A DNA stretch of 64,000 bases from Lentisphaeria bacterium (GTDB taxonomy: Bacteria > Verrucomicrobiota > Lentisphaeria > JABSQK01 > JAWLHB01), in the NCBI GenBank assembly GCA_041690595.1, contig JAWLHB010000001.1, forward strand, positions 1-64,000. The letters run 5' to 3'. The translations under genes and the position numbers were made by a program. The notes beneath the pieces were generated by a model. It made no database searches. It saw nothing but the letters and a program-made list of their open reading frames with translations, and was not told where the DNA came from. Positions 29,220 to 38,796 of this stretch are shown here, in pieces (position 1 is the stretch's first letter; the number at the start of each line of letters is the position of its first letter).

Positions 29220-29556
29220 TGAAACAGATGTCGTAGAGCGTCTGGTGCTCCAGCGCAATTGCATCGGCCTCCAGAATGCTCTGCACCTGTTCCAGGATCA
29301 GACCATGCTCCCGTGGCCGGAAGCAGGCCCTCACGTCGCGCGCGGCGCGATCTGGAGCAGCCAGCATATTGCGCTGATGATGCTGCAGGGCGGCCTCCAG
29401 AAAACGATCCGCCTGGCGCGAGTTGAGTCCATGACGCTGCAGGGCATCGAGTGCTTTCTGTCGACGGGCGCTACTAAAGGCGAGGTCCGCGCGGATAGCC
29501 CACGCGAACAACTCTGCCAGGCGCTTGTACTTCGCGATGTCGGTTAGAGCCGGCAT
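29200..29556 (-). CDS. Small helical protein, possibly TerB-like
   Basis: 118 aa; RBS-like AGAGGA; spaced AIRAD...ILEAD motifs reminiscent of TerB. Confidence 0.5.
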   Translation of the reverse strand: MPALTDIAKYKRLAELFAWAIRADLAFSSARRQKALDALQRHGLNSRQADRFLEAALQHHQRNMLAAPDRAARDVRACFRPREHGLILEQVQSILEADAIALEHQTLYDICFSELYRD

Positions 29557-29590
29557 GGTTCCTCTGCATGGCTTTCTTTAGAGGGTTTGA

Positions 29591-31783
29591 CTAGATGACG
29601 GCGCGATAGCTGCAGTACCAGACTAACTCGCGCATGACCTTGCGCATCGCTTTCAGGTCGCGGCGGCTGGGATAGGCGCTGTTGTGCACACAGGCGCAAA
29701 GCACGTCCTCCGAGCCTCCAAAGGTGACCGCATACCGGCCGATGTAGAAGGTGATCATGTCGGCTTCCGGCAACTTGCCCTGCTGCAGATTCCTGCGGGC
29801 CCGGGCCCACAATCTTGGCGCAATGCCGGCCATGCTGTCGCCGAGTTGATCGACGGTCTTGTCGACCGTCGCCTTGGCCAGCAGCAGACCGTCAGGTCCT
29901 GTGACGAACATGGCCTGCAGGTGCAACTTCTTCAGCGCGGCTTTGGTGACTTCGCTGATCGAGATCGATTCGGATTCGATACCGAGCACGCGGTTCAGCT
30001 CGAGTTCGGCCTCGGCGAGATCACCGCTTGGGCTCAGGCCGGCCATGCCGCGATAGGTGTGCCGACCAAGACCGACAATATCCATCAACTGGCGGACATC
30101 CGTAAAGGGGCCATGCTGATTGCGGTAGTCGACAATCAGTTTTGCCATGTGAGTACCAATTCCGGGCAGCACGGTGAGAGAGGAGATGCCGCTGCGGTTG
30201 AGGTCGATGCCGTTCGGAGCATGACTAGTCCACTGCCGTCTCGGCTCTCCCGTGGCCACATTGGCCTTCTCGTGCATCTCGAGCCGTTTCTGCTTCTGGC
30301 CGAAGTAGTCCCGGGCGACATCGGCGGGATCTTGATACTCCAATTCCGCCATGGAATCCTGGAGCACGGGCTCTTCCGGTTCCTCGACTGCCGGCTGTCG
30401 CGCGGCCGGTTTCTCCTCAAGCTCGGGCAGAATCTCTTCCGGCTCCGGAGCTTTGGGAACCGGGGGCAGGACCGGCGCGGAAGGCTCTTCCTGAACCGGG
30501 GCCGCGGCTGCCGCCTCTTCCGCTTCAAGCTCTTCGGCCAACTCTTCCTCCAATTCTATATCCAGCTCCAACTCCTCGTCCTCTATATCCAGCTCCAACT
30601 CCTCGTCCTCTATATCCAGCTCCAACTCCTCGTCCGTAACTGCCGGCGGCAGAGGCTGTTCGTTGGCGGCAAGCGACTCGTCAAGGTCGAATTCCTCTTC
30701 GTCCAGCTCGGGGAATTCGTTGATGATCTCTTCCGGCGCTGGAGGTTGACTGGGCAGTTCCCTGCCTCCCGTTGCCACATCCTGATCACGCCACGGCGAG
30801 ACAAAGCCTTCCGGAGTAGCGGGTACTTCCTCGTCGTCTGCCTCGGGCTCCCCGACCACGGGCTGGGCGGCATAATCGTCCTCGACGCTCAACTCGATCT
30901 CCGGCTCGTAAGCCTCTTCCTCTTCCTCTTCCGCTTCGTACTGAGGTTCCTGGCGATACGTGAGTTCCTCATCGGCCTCTTCGTACTCGGGCTCTTCCAG
31001 CGCCGGCTGGACATGCTGTTCGGTGGGAATCGCCTGCTGCGCATCCGCGGCCGCGTACTGCTCTTCATCGACGGGGACTTCTTCCTCTCCAGCCGCGGCC
31101 GGCGCCTCGGGAGCGGGAGTACCCAGATCGCGGAAGTAGTCGTCCAGATCCTCGATGATGCGTTCCTTGGAGTCGTCCTGATCCTCGCGTTTCATCCACT
31201 CCACCGGGATCAAGGGCACAACCTGATGCAGAGGCAGGCTGACCACCTGATCCGCTTTGTCGGCTATGTCGTCACTGAAAACATTGATGGCGATCTTGGT
31301 GACGAGGTCGCCGACCGGCATTTCAAGTTTACCTCGCGACAGCGAGTACATGAGGTCCGACCGATTGAAGCTGAAGACAAAGTCGGGTTTGTTCTGGTAC
31401 AGCTCCACCAACTGACTGGTCGGGGCGCAAAGATACTCGTTCGGCAGATCGGGGAGAATGCGGCCGGCGGGCACATAAATGGTGTCGGCGGGAGGGTGGG
31501 GGAGGAATTGTGATGGCTCTTCCTCTTCCTCCACGTCGCTCATCGCAAGAAAATCGGCTTCTTCACTGGCTACTTCCTGGCTGTCCAGGTAGGAAGCCAG
31601 TTCATCATAGGTGGAACCCTCGGCAACCGCCTCCTCCTCGGATTCCAACGTCAGGCCGGCGTCGTCCTCGGAAACCAGCGGCTCAAAAGCCTCTTCATCC
31701 ACTTTCGCTTCTGATGCAGGCTGCTGCTCGTCCAGCTCGTCGTCATCCGTATCTTTCTTAAAGAAGTTGCGAAAGAACTTCAT
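29591..31783 (-). CDS. Acidic multidomain protein with ComEA-like helix-hairpin-helix and C-terminal roadblock/LC7 domain
   Basis: IDLNRS...LTVLPGIGTHMAKLIVDYRNQHGPFTDVRQLMDIVGLG (HhH); AMFVTGPDGLLLA (roadblock); long E/D/P-rich linker; ATG 31783 after AAAGGTGA. Confidence 0.75.
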   Translation of the reverse strand: MKFFRNFFKKDTDDDELDEQQPASEAKVDEEAFEPLVSEDDAGLTLESEEEAVAEGSTYDELASYLDSQEVASEEADFLAMSDVEEEEEPSQFLPHPPADTIYVPAGRILPDLPNEYLCAPTSQLVELYQNKPDFVFSFNRSDLMYSLSRGKLEMPVGDLVTKIAINVFSDDIADKADQVVSLPLHQVVPLIPVEWMKREDQDDSKERIIEDLDDYFRDLGTPAPEAPAAAGEEEVPVDEEQYAAADAQQAIPTEQHVQPALEEPEYEEADEELTYRQEPQYEAEEEEEEAYEPEIELSVEDDYAAQPVVGEPEADDEEVPATPEGFVSPWRDQDVATGGRELPSQPPAPEEIINEFPELDEEEFDLDESLAANEQPLPPAVTDEELELDIEDEELELDIEDEELELDIELEEELAEELEAEEAAAAAPVQEEPSAPVLPPVPKAPEPEEILPELEEKPAARQPAVEEPEEPVLQDSMAELEYQDPADVARDYFGQKQKRLEMHEKANVATGEPRRQWTSHAPNGIDLNRSGISSLTVLPGIGTHMAKLIVDYRNQHGPFTDVRQLMDIVGLGRHTYRGMAGLSPSGDLAEAELELNRVLGIESESISISEVTKAALKKLHLQAMFVTGPDGLLLAKATVDKTVDQLGDSMAGIAPRLWARARRNLQQGKLPEADMITFYIGRYAVTFGGSEDVLCACVHNSAYPSRRDLKAMRKVMRELVWYCSYRAVI
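30555..30635. repeat. Three perfect 27-bp tandem repeats encoding (DEELELDIE)3
   Basis: Unit TCTATATCCAGCTCCAACTCCTCGTCC at 30555, 30582 and 30609. Confidence 0.95.
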
Positions 31784-32039
31784 AGTCAAGGTCACCTTTT
31801 ATGAGGTTATGGCCGCGCTCCGAGCCCACTCTTGCGCAATGTGCCCCAACATACGCCCTGCCCTATAATTTTTCAATTTTCTTCTCAGTATGTCTTGTAA
31901 ATTTTGCGCCTGATAGGTACTTATGTATGGTTCTCGTACAACCGACCCGCGGCTCGATGCGGCTGGTGGGCGGCCAAAACGACCAAGTGCCGCGCTCAGG
32001 TGGCGACCACACGTACCGTTCCAGGAAAGCGAATCGTCT

Positions 32040-32636
32040 ATGGCTCTTGTCAACTATGCGAAGAAAGAGATTCAGTTCAAGATCGTGTACTATGGTCCCG
32101 GACTGTGCGGCAAGACGACCAACCTGCAAATGATTCACGATCGGGTCCCTGGCCGGGCGAAGGGGAGCCTCACCTCCCTGGCGACAAGCCAGGATCGTAC
32201 ACTCTTCTTCGACTTCCTGCCACTCCACACGATCGATGCCATTGAAGGGTTTGTCGTCAAGTTTCAGATGTACACGGTTCCTGGCCAGGTCAAGTACAAC
32301 AGTACACGCCGACTGGTGCTGCGGAACTGTGACGGGATCGTTTTCTGCGCGGATTCGCAGTGGAGCAAGATGGAAGAGAATGTGGAAAGCTGGGAAAACC
32401 TGCGGAGCAATCTCGCCCTGCAGAACGACCGGCTGGAGGACATGCCACACATTCTGCAGTATAATAAGCGTGACTTGCCGAGTACGGCGCCACCGGAGTA
32501 TCTGGATTTCGTCCTCAATAATGGTGAGGTGAAGATTCCACGCTTCCTGTCATCGGCAGTCAATGGCGTCGGCGTTGTCGAGACGCTGAACGCCGTGGCA
32601 AAACTAGTCATTCGCGACTTTATTGACAAGCACTAA
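32040..32636 (+). CDS. mglA: MglA-family small Ras-like GTPase
   Basis: EIQFKIVYYGPGLCGKTTNL, DRTLFFDFLP, YTVPGQV, QYNKRDLP. Confidence 0.95.
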   Translation: MALVNYAKKEIQFKIVYYGPGLCGKTTNLQMIHDRVPGRAKGSLTSLATSQDRTLFFDFLPLHTIDAIEGFVVKFQMYTVPGQVKYNSTRRLVLRNCDGIVFCADSQWSKMEENVESWENLRSNLALQNDRLEDMPHILQYNKRDLPSTAPPEYLDFVLNNGEVKIPRFLSSAVNGVGVVETLNAVAKLVIRDFIDKH

Positions 32637-32690
32637 GGTGGCACCTCTGGTTCTGTCCAGACACCGCAATCAACCGATGGTCGAGATCTC

Positions 32691-33161
32691 ATGGCCTTTG
32701 TTCTGAGTGAAAAGCACTATAACCTTCTGAAGAGCGATCTGGATGACTTTCTGGATAACTCTGAGGCGAATGCCGTCCTGTTGTGTGATCGAGGGGGAAA
32801 CATCATCGTTCACAGCGGCGACTCCGTCGAAGGGGAAGCCGATCTGATATCGGCACTCGTCGCGGGGGCCTTTGCCGCGACCCAGCAGCTGGCCAACGTT
32901 CTGGGAGAGAAAGAATTCACCGCGATCTTTCACCAGGGGGTGAAGAAGAGCATCTTCATCAGCTCCGTCGGGGAGGAAGTCCTCTTGCTGGCGCTCTTCT
33001 CGGACAACACCAACGCGGGCCTGGTGAAGATGTATGCCCTGACGGTCTGCCGCAAAATGCTGATGCTGGTGCGCGATGTCATGGCGGATCAGGAAGTGGA
33101 ACATGCCGACCCGACCCGCTCGTTTGTGATCGGCAAAGGACCGATCTTCCGCTCCGACTGA
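32691..33161 (+). CDS. mglB: MglB-like roadblock/LC7 protein (putative GAP)
   Basis: LLCDRGGNII, ISALVAGAFAATQQLANVLGEKEF...FHQG, NAGLVK; directly follows mglA. Confidence 0.88.
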   Translation: MAFVLSEKHYNLLKSDLDDFLDNSEANAVLLCDRGGNIIVHSGDSVEGEADLISALVAGAFAATQQLANVLGEKEFTAIFHQGVKKSIFISSVGEEVLLLALFSDNTNAGLVKMYALTVCRKMLMLVRDVMADQEVEHADPTRSFVIGKGPIFRSD

Positions 33162-33350
33162 TGGCGGCGCTTCGGCGGCCGCATCAACACCTTCCGGCAG
33201 TTGCGGAAAGCAGTGCCAATCCCGATTCCGGTATCAACGGCATCTCGGCAGATTGGTCATCGGTGGCTATTGACAGGCAGGCTGGTCGGGCTACTGTCCC
33301 TGCCCACAAGACTGACTCATCTTCACGCCTGAACCATGGAGACCCCCTCG

Positions 33351-34025
33351 ATGGCTGATTTGCCCGCATTGCACACTGATTTTATCGAGTTCATGCTGGA
33401 ATGCGAAGTGTTGCGCTTCGGCGATTTTCTCACCAAGAGCGGCCGGCGGACTCCCTATTTCATCAATACAGGTCACTACGACAGCGGCCGCCGCCTGCGT
33501 CGACTTGGCGAATTCTATGCCCGTGCCATCGTGGAGCATATCGGTACCGATTTCGACGTGCTCTATGGACCCGCCTACAAGGGGATTCCACTGGCCGTCG
33601 CGACCGCTGCCGCACTCGATGCCCGGCACGGGCTGGATGTGGGAGTGACCTTCAACCGCAAACAGGCTAAGGATCATGGTGAAGGCGGGAATCTGGTTGG
33701 TCATCCCATACGCGACGGACTGCGTATTGTCATCATCGACGACGTGGTGACCGCCGGCACGTCCGTCAACGAGTCGATGACGTTGCTGCGCCAGGCAGCA
33801 GCCGTGGAGGTAAAAGCGTTGGTGGTGTCGGTGGATCGCCAGGAGCGCGGAAGCGGCTCCCTCTCTGCTCTCGCCGATGTGGCAGCCACCCACGGTATCG
33901 AGACCGCCGCCATCGTTACTCTGGACGATATTCTGGCCTATCTGGAGCATTCGGGGAATGCATTGGGTGATGACGCCGACCTGGTGGAACGTATCCGGGC
34001 TTACCGCGCGGCATACGGCGCCTGA
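33351..34025 (+). CDS. pyrE: Orotate phosphoribosyltransferase
   Basis: FGDFLTKSGRRTPYF, GPAYKGIP, NRKQAKDHGEGG, IIDDVVTAGT; GGAGA 8 nt before ATG 33351; TTGACA-16-TACTGT at 33270-97. Confidence 0.95.
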   Translation: MADLPALHTDFIEFMLECEVLRFGDFLTKSGRRTPYFINTGHYDSGRRLRRLGEFYARAIVEHIGTDFDVLYGPAYKGIPLAVATAAALDARHGLDVGVTFNRKQAKDHGEGGNLVGHPIRDGLRIVIIDDVVTAGTSVNESMTLLRQAAAVEVKALVVSVDRQERGSGSLSALADVAATHGIETAAIVTLDDILAYLEHSGNALGDDADLVERIRAYRAAYGA

Positions 34026-34150
34026 GACAGGAGCGCCAGTCGTCAAGAGGTTTTTTCTGATTTTAAGTTGACGCTTTAGATTGTCGATATAAATTAGTAT
34101 AAAGACTTTATAAAGAGAAGGTTGCCACCCTCTAGCCCGGAGATCACCCA

Positions 34151-35698
34151 ATGAGCGACGAAATGGAAGTGCAGGAGAGCGCGGAACAGGGCGTTTACAG
34201 CTCGGAAGTGCAGGCTATCCTCCGAGATTACCACCGCCGACAGATCGTGCTGCACATGATTGGGCCGATCATCTCCGTGGTGGTGCATCTGGTCTTCCTG
34301 ACTTGGCTGAGTCAGGTGTGGACGGGGTCAGCCGCACGCCAGGTCACGGCGCCAATGATCATCGAGACGCAGGAGATCGAGACGGTGGAGATCGATCCTC
34401 TGGAGCTGGAAGAGATGGACATCGAGCAGGAAGATACCATCACCGAGGCTCCGACCGTGGAGGCGCCGCCGGCACCCGCGGAAGAAACTCAGGCGATGGA
34501 CAGCATCGAGTCCATTCCTGAAGCGCCCGTGGCGGACGTCGGCGGATTCGGTGAGTTGGAGTTTTCGGAGTCGGCCGTGGTGGAAAGCTATTCCCCGGTG
34601 ACGATCAATGCACAGTTCGAAACCCGGACCTCAGAGTCGGCTCGCAGCAGCGCGGTATCCCGCTACGGCGGTACCAGTGAGACGCAGGATGCCGTGGTCA
34701 AGGCGCTGGATTGGTTCCAGAAGGTGAGGAATCCAAATGGCTCGTGGGAAAACCAGACCGCCCACACAGGATTGGCGTTGCTCTGCTTCCTGGCCCATGG
34801 CGAAACGCCCAGTTCCCCCAAATATGGACGGACGGTTCAGGACGGTCTGCAGTGGCTGGCGAACCAGACCATGAGTCTCAAGAAGGGACAAATGCTGGGC
34901 AACCGCGCTTACAGCCATGGCATTGCCACCTACGCATTGGCTGAGGCCTACGGACTGACACAGATTCCGTTTCTGCGTGGCCCGATGGAGAAGGGGCTGG
35001 ACATCATCATCCGGGGGCAGCAGGAGAAGGGCGGCTATGATTATCGCTATGCCCAGGGTGATCGATGGGATCTTTCCGTGGCCGGTTGGCAAATTCAGGC
35101 CATGAAGGCAGGACTCGCCGCGGGCGCCAGCAATCCGGGGCTGAATGAAGCCATCAAGAAATCGGTGAAGTGGCTGAAGGACGACACGTATAAGAACGGG
35201 AAGTTCGGCTACAGCTCGCCGGGGTCCGGCGGCAACATGACCGGTGTCGGTACCGTCTGCCTCCAGCTTCTCGGCGAGGCGAAGTCGTCAGAAGCTCGGG
35301 CTGGAGTCGATACCATCGCCACCGAGCGACTTGCCCTGTATGAGCGATTCGAACGCAAGAGTGACTATACCAAGGAGGCTCATGGCTACCTTTACGGCTG
35401 GTACTACGACACGCAGGCCATGTTCAATGAACAGGGACGCGCATGGCGCGCATGGAACAAGGTCTTCAAGAACGTTCTGACCAGAGCGCAGCTCGACGAT
35501 GGCAGTTGGGAATTCGCGGCTGAAAAAGGACATTTCAGCGGCAAGTCCATCGCCAACAAGATTCTCGTTACCTCTTGGACCTGCCTGCAGTTGGAGGTCT
35601 ACTATCGCTACCTGCCGACCTTCGACATCAGCAAGATGATGCGAACCAGCCAGGCGAATCCGAGCACCGATATCCTCAATCAGATCCAGATCGACTGA
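34151..35698 (+). CDS. Membrane-anchored prenyltransferase/squalene-cyclase-repeat (alpha/alpha barrel) protein
   Basis: Single TM GPIISVVVHLVFL; acidic/Pro-rich linker; QW-like repeats (RNPNGSW, QQEKGGYDY, QLDDGSW); TGLALLCFLAHG; LEVYYRYLP. Confidence 0.8.
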   Translation: MSDEMEVQESAEQGVYSSEVQAILRDYHRRQIVLHMIGPIISVVVHLVFLTWLSQVWTGSAARQVTAPMIIETQEIETVEIDPLELEEMDIEQEDTITEAPTVEAPPAPAEETQAMDSIESIPEAPVADVGGFGELEFSESAVVESYSPVTINAQFETRTSESARSSAVSRYGGTSETQDAVVKALDWFQKVRNPNGSWENQTAHTGLALLCFLAHGETPSSPKYGRTVQDGLQWLANQTMSLKKGQMLGNRAYSHGIATYALAEAYGLTQIPFLRGPMEKGLDIIIRGQQEKGGYDYRYAQGDRWDLSVAGWQIQAMKAGLAAGASNPGLNEAIKKSVKWLKDDTYKNGKFGYSSPGSGGNMTGVGTVCLQLLGEAKSSEARAGVDTIATERLALYERFERKSDYTKEAHGYLYGWYYDTQAMFNEQGRAWRAWNKVFKNVLTRAQLDDGSWEFAAEKGHFSGKSIANKILVTSWTCLQLEVYYRYLPTFDISKMMRTSQANPSTDILNQIQID

Positions 35699-35722
35699 TG
35701 AGGGTGCGGTGAAAGCTGAAGC

Positions 35723-36847
35723 TCAGCCGGCCAGCGGTTGAGCACCTTCGGCATCTGCCAGAGAGTAGCTGATGGTGACTCTGGTGAACGCATCGGGTTC
35801 ACTTTCGATGGTCAACTTGCCTTCGTGCAGGTTGACCAACTCACGAGCGATGGCGAGACCGAGACCAGTTCCCTGCTGCTCGTGGAACTTGCGGTCAAAC
35901 TGCTGGCAGGCGCCAATGCTGTTGATCTGCTCCTGGCTCATGCCTCGACCGCTATCTTCGATGATCAGGTCATAGCATGTCGACTGGTTCTTGCCCGTGA
36001 TCGTGACTGCATTGCCGTCTGTCGAGAACTTGAAGGCGTTATCAACCAGCTCCTCGATAATCTTGCGCAGATCGTCGGAGGACTGCCGAATATGTGCTGG
36101 CTGAACGTGTACCACAACATCGGCTTGCCGACCTGCTTTGCCGGCGCACTCACGGACAACCTCCTCGATGCTCTGCTGATCGATCGGGCAGCTCTGTTCG
36201 CGCAGGTCGGACAGTTTTTCGGGATCCTTGCTGTATACCTGGATCTGTGCGTAAACGAGGAAATTCTCCACGACTCGGTGCAGGCGCTGAGCGGATCGCA
36301 TGACGCGCCTCGCGAGGTCGCCGATCTGTTCGCGGTCCAGATCTTTATAGTCGTCGGCGAGGATGTCGGCAAAGCCCATGATACCCTGCAACGGCGTACG
36401 CAGTTCATGAGGCAGCATGTGCACAATGTTGCCGCGTAAGGCATCCAACTGCTTCTCGTTGTGCTTGAGGACTTCCGATTTCCGAGCCAGCCGGGCACGT
36501 ACGGCCTCGATCAGATCCGTGGCGCTGAACGGTTTGGTGATATAGTCGTCCGCGCCACTCGCCATGCCTTGGCGAATATCCTGCCGCTCGACACGACCGG
36601 TCAGGAAGATAAAGGGAGTGAGGGCCAGTCTGGCCTCCTGCCGAATGGCGGTCAGCGTGGCAAATCCGTCCATCCCCGGCATCGACACGTCGCACAGGAT
36701 CAGATCCGGCTGGATCTCGGCGGCAAGCCGCGCTCCATCATGCCCATCAGAGGCCTGCAGGACGCGGTAGCCGGCAAATTGCAGGATCTCGCAGATAAGC
36801 TTGCGGACGGAATGCTCGTCATCGATTACCAGGATTGTTTGAGTCAT
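35723..36847 (-). CDS. Hybrid response regulator / histidine kinase (REC-HisKA-HATPase)
   Basis: ILVIDDE, DLILCDVSMPGMDG, DYITKPF; HELRTPL; ELVDNAFKF, DSGRGM, GTGLGL; ATG at 36847. Confidence 0.93.
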   Translation of the reverse strand: MTQTILVIDDEHSVRKLICEILQFAGYRVLQASDGHDGARLAAEIQPDLILCDVSMPGMDGFATLTAIRQEARLALTPFIFLTGRVERQDIRQGMASGADDYITKPFSATDLIEAVRARLARKSEVLKHNEKQLDALRGNIVHMLPHELRTPLQGIMGFADILADDYKDLDREQIGDLARRVMRSAQRLHRVVENFLVYAQIQVYSKDPEKLSDLREQSCPIDQQSIEEVVRECAGKAGRQADVVVHVQPAHIRQSSDDLRKIIEELVDNAFKFSTDGNAVTITGKNQSTCYDLIIEDSGRGMSQEQINSIGACQQFDRKFHEQQGTGLGLAIARELVNLHEGKLTIESEPDAFTRVTISYSLADAEGAQPLAG

Positions 36848-37057
36848 GGAGATGGATCCGTAACATTGGTCTCTCAGGTTCACCTGCACAATGCGCCAAA
36901 TCCGCCGACAAGTCAACCATGGCAGACGAAGAATCATGACTTCATTTTGCTCTCTGGGCGTTTGCAAAGTGACGATTGAGAGGCTATAGGCTTATACCTT
37001 CTTCAATGAGGATCGAAAGCGTATCCCGACCAACTTCTACAGCTCCAACAGGCGGTT

Positions 37058-37522
37058 ATGAGCAAACCCGGCCCGGTAGAAACGGACAAATCGTGGGGAA
37101 TCGTACCGATACGTCTTCAGGCGGGTGCCGCCCTTTTTCTGCTTATTCAGCATAAGGCCGGCCATTGGGGGTTTCCCAAGGGCCATCCCCATGCCGGCGA
37201 ATTGCCTCTGAATACCGCGTTGCGGGAACTGCGCGAAGAGACCGGCATCGACGATTGCCGCGTGGCGGATGAATTTGTCTTCAGCGAACAGTACCACACC
37301 CATAAACGCGGCCGCGACCTCCTGAAATCGGTCCACTACTTTCCCGCCCTCGTGCCTCATCGAACCGTGCACATCGACAGAGACGAGATCATTGACTCCA
37401 TCTGGCTGTCTCTCGATCCGGCTCTCGAGCGGTTGACCTATGCCAACAGCCGGGAGGTGCTGCTGCAGGTGCAGCGTGCCTTGCCGGAAATTCTCGATGC
37501 CATCGAGGAACCACCTTCCTGA
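37058..37522 (+). CDS. NUDIX hydrolase (Ap4A-hydrolase-like)
   Basis: HWGFPKGH..AGE....TALRELREETGI Nudix box. Confidence 0.9.
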   Translation: MSKPGPVETDKSWGIVPIRLQAGAALFLLIQHKAGHWGFPKGHPHAGELPLNTALRELREETGIDDCRVADEFVFSEQYHTHKRGRDLLKSVHYFPALVPHRTVHIDRDEIIDSIWLSLDPALERLTYANSREVLLQVQRALPEILDAIEEPPS

Positions 37523-37554
37523 CCGTCGCTCACCACCAGCATTCGAGGAACGCC

Positions 37555-38646
37555 ATGATCGATATCTCCATCACCGATTTCCTGGAACTCACCGAGTCGG
37601 ATCGTATTCCATACATCAAAGACTACGCCTTGCTCTATGCGCAGCAATTCAGTCGTGCCGATCTGGATTACTACTGCAGGCTGGCCGATGCCTGCAGAAA
37701 GATCCGGCGCCGCGAAGAAGGAGCCGATTTCCTCGCGCGACTGCTGCGCCAGCGCATGGCGCTCAATTTCTTTGTACAACCCAGCTCGCGTACCTTCCTC
37801 TCCTTTTCCGCGGCCCAGTCGATCCTCGGCATGCGCAACATGTCCCTGCGGGATGTGAAGATCTCGTCCATGTCAAAGGGCGAGACGCTGGCGGACTCGA
37901 TTCGCACCTTTATCTCGTATGTGGATCTGGTGGTGATGCGGCATGGCGATGAAGAGGCCAGCGCCGTCGCTTTCTGGATCAGCATGAAATCCCATCGGCG
38001 ACTGGAGTTCCCCGACGGCCAGCGGCCGGTGCCCATCATCTCCGGTGGTTCAGGCAGCAAGCAGCACCCCACTCAGGCTCTGCTGGACATTTATACGCTT
38101 GAGAAGAGTCTTGAGACGGTGGGAGGCATCGACGGCAAGAACATCATGCTCGTCGGCGACCTGTTGCGCGGCCGGACGGTGCGCTCGCTCAGCTACCTGA
38201 TGAAGGAGTACAAGGACGTCACGCTCACCTTTGCGGCGCCCGAGCGCTATCAGATGGCGGATGATATCCTGAAATATCTGGATCGTCATCAAATCCGCTA
38301 TGTGAAGGTGGACTCGATCGACGAGGCCATCGGCGAGGTCGATGCCGTCTACATGACGCGTATTCAGGATGAGTGGGATTCGCTGGCGCCCGGCACCCAT
38401 ATCTCCGCCAGCGATGACTTTATCTTCAAGGCGCGCCATCTGAAGATGATGAAGAAGCATGCGTGCCTGCTGCATCCACTGCCCAAGCGAGACGAAATCG
38501 AAGAGGCTGTAGACTATCTCAATGATCCGCGCATTGTATACTGGCGGCAAGAGCGCAATGGCATGTGGATGCGGGTGGGCATCATCGCGAAGTTGTTCAA
38601 GCGCGATGGTGACATTCTCGAGTATCTGGATCACCACTGCAGTTGA
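37555..38646 (+). CDS. pyrB: Aspartate carbamoyltransferase catalytic subunit
   Basis: QPSSRTFLSF, SSMSKGETLADS, QHPTQALLD, VGDLLRGRTVRSL, YMTRIQDE, LHPLP. Confidence 0.88.
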   Translation: MIDISITDFLELTESDRIPYIKDYALLYAQQFSRADLDYYCRLADACRKIRRREEGADFLARLLRQRMALNFFVQPSSRTFLSFSAAQSILGMRNMSLRDVKISSMSKGETLADSIRTFISYVDLVVMRHGDEEASAVAFWISMKSHRRLEFPDGQRPVPIISGGSGSKQHPTQALLDIYTLEKSLETVGGIDGKNIMLVGDLLRGRTVRSLSYLMKEYKDVTLTFAAPERYQMADDILKYLDRHQIRYVKVDSIDEAIGEVDAVYMTRIQDEWDSLAPGTHISASDDFIFKARHLKMMKKHACLLHPLPKRDEIEEAVDYLNDPRIVYWRQERNGMWMRVGIIAKLFKRDGDILEYLDHHCS

Positions 38647-38678
38647 AGATCGGGTCCTGGTTTGTGCACGTGGTAATC

Positions 38679-38707
38679 TTGACTGAAGTGGTGGGACATG
38701 CTACTAT
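38679..38707 (+). promoter_or_regulatory. Sigma70-like promoter of the TPR-ExbBD operon
   Basis: TTGACT (38679-84), 17 bp, TACTAT (38702-07) preceded by TGn. Confidence 0.55.
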
Positions 38708-38796
38708 ACTTAGCCCGCAACTGGAAAGGGTTGACGCTCCATGATCGCAAAGGAGCCAACGGTTCATAATCCCCCACCTATTGAGGATACGCATTC

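Noticed and set aside
34151..35698. Squalene-hopene cyclase
   Set aside because: Only one barrel, no DxDD motif, and an N-terminal TM plus linker unlike SHC
37555..38646. Non-aspartate carbamoyltransferase, given SSRT and HPLPK variants
   Set aside because: ATCase-specific motifs (KGETLAD, GDL..GRTVRSL, TRIQ) are retained; best read as a divergent pyrB
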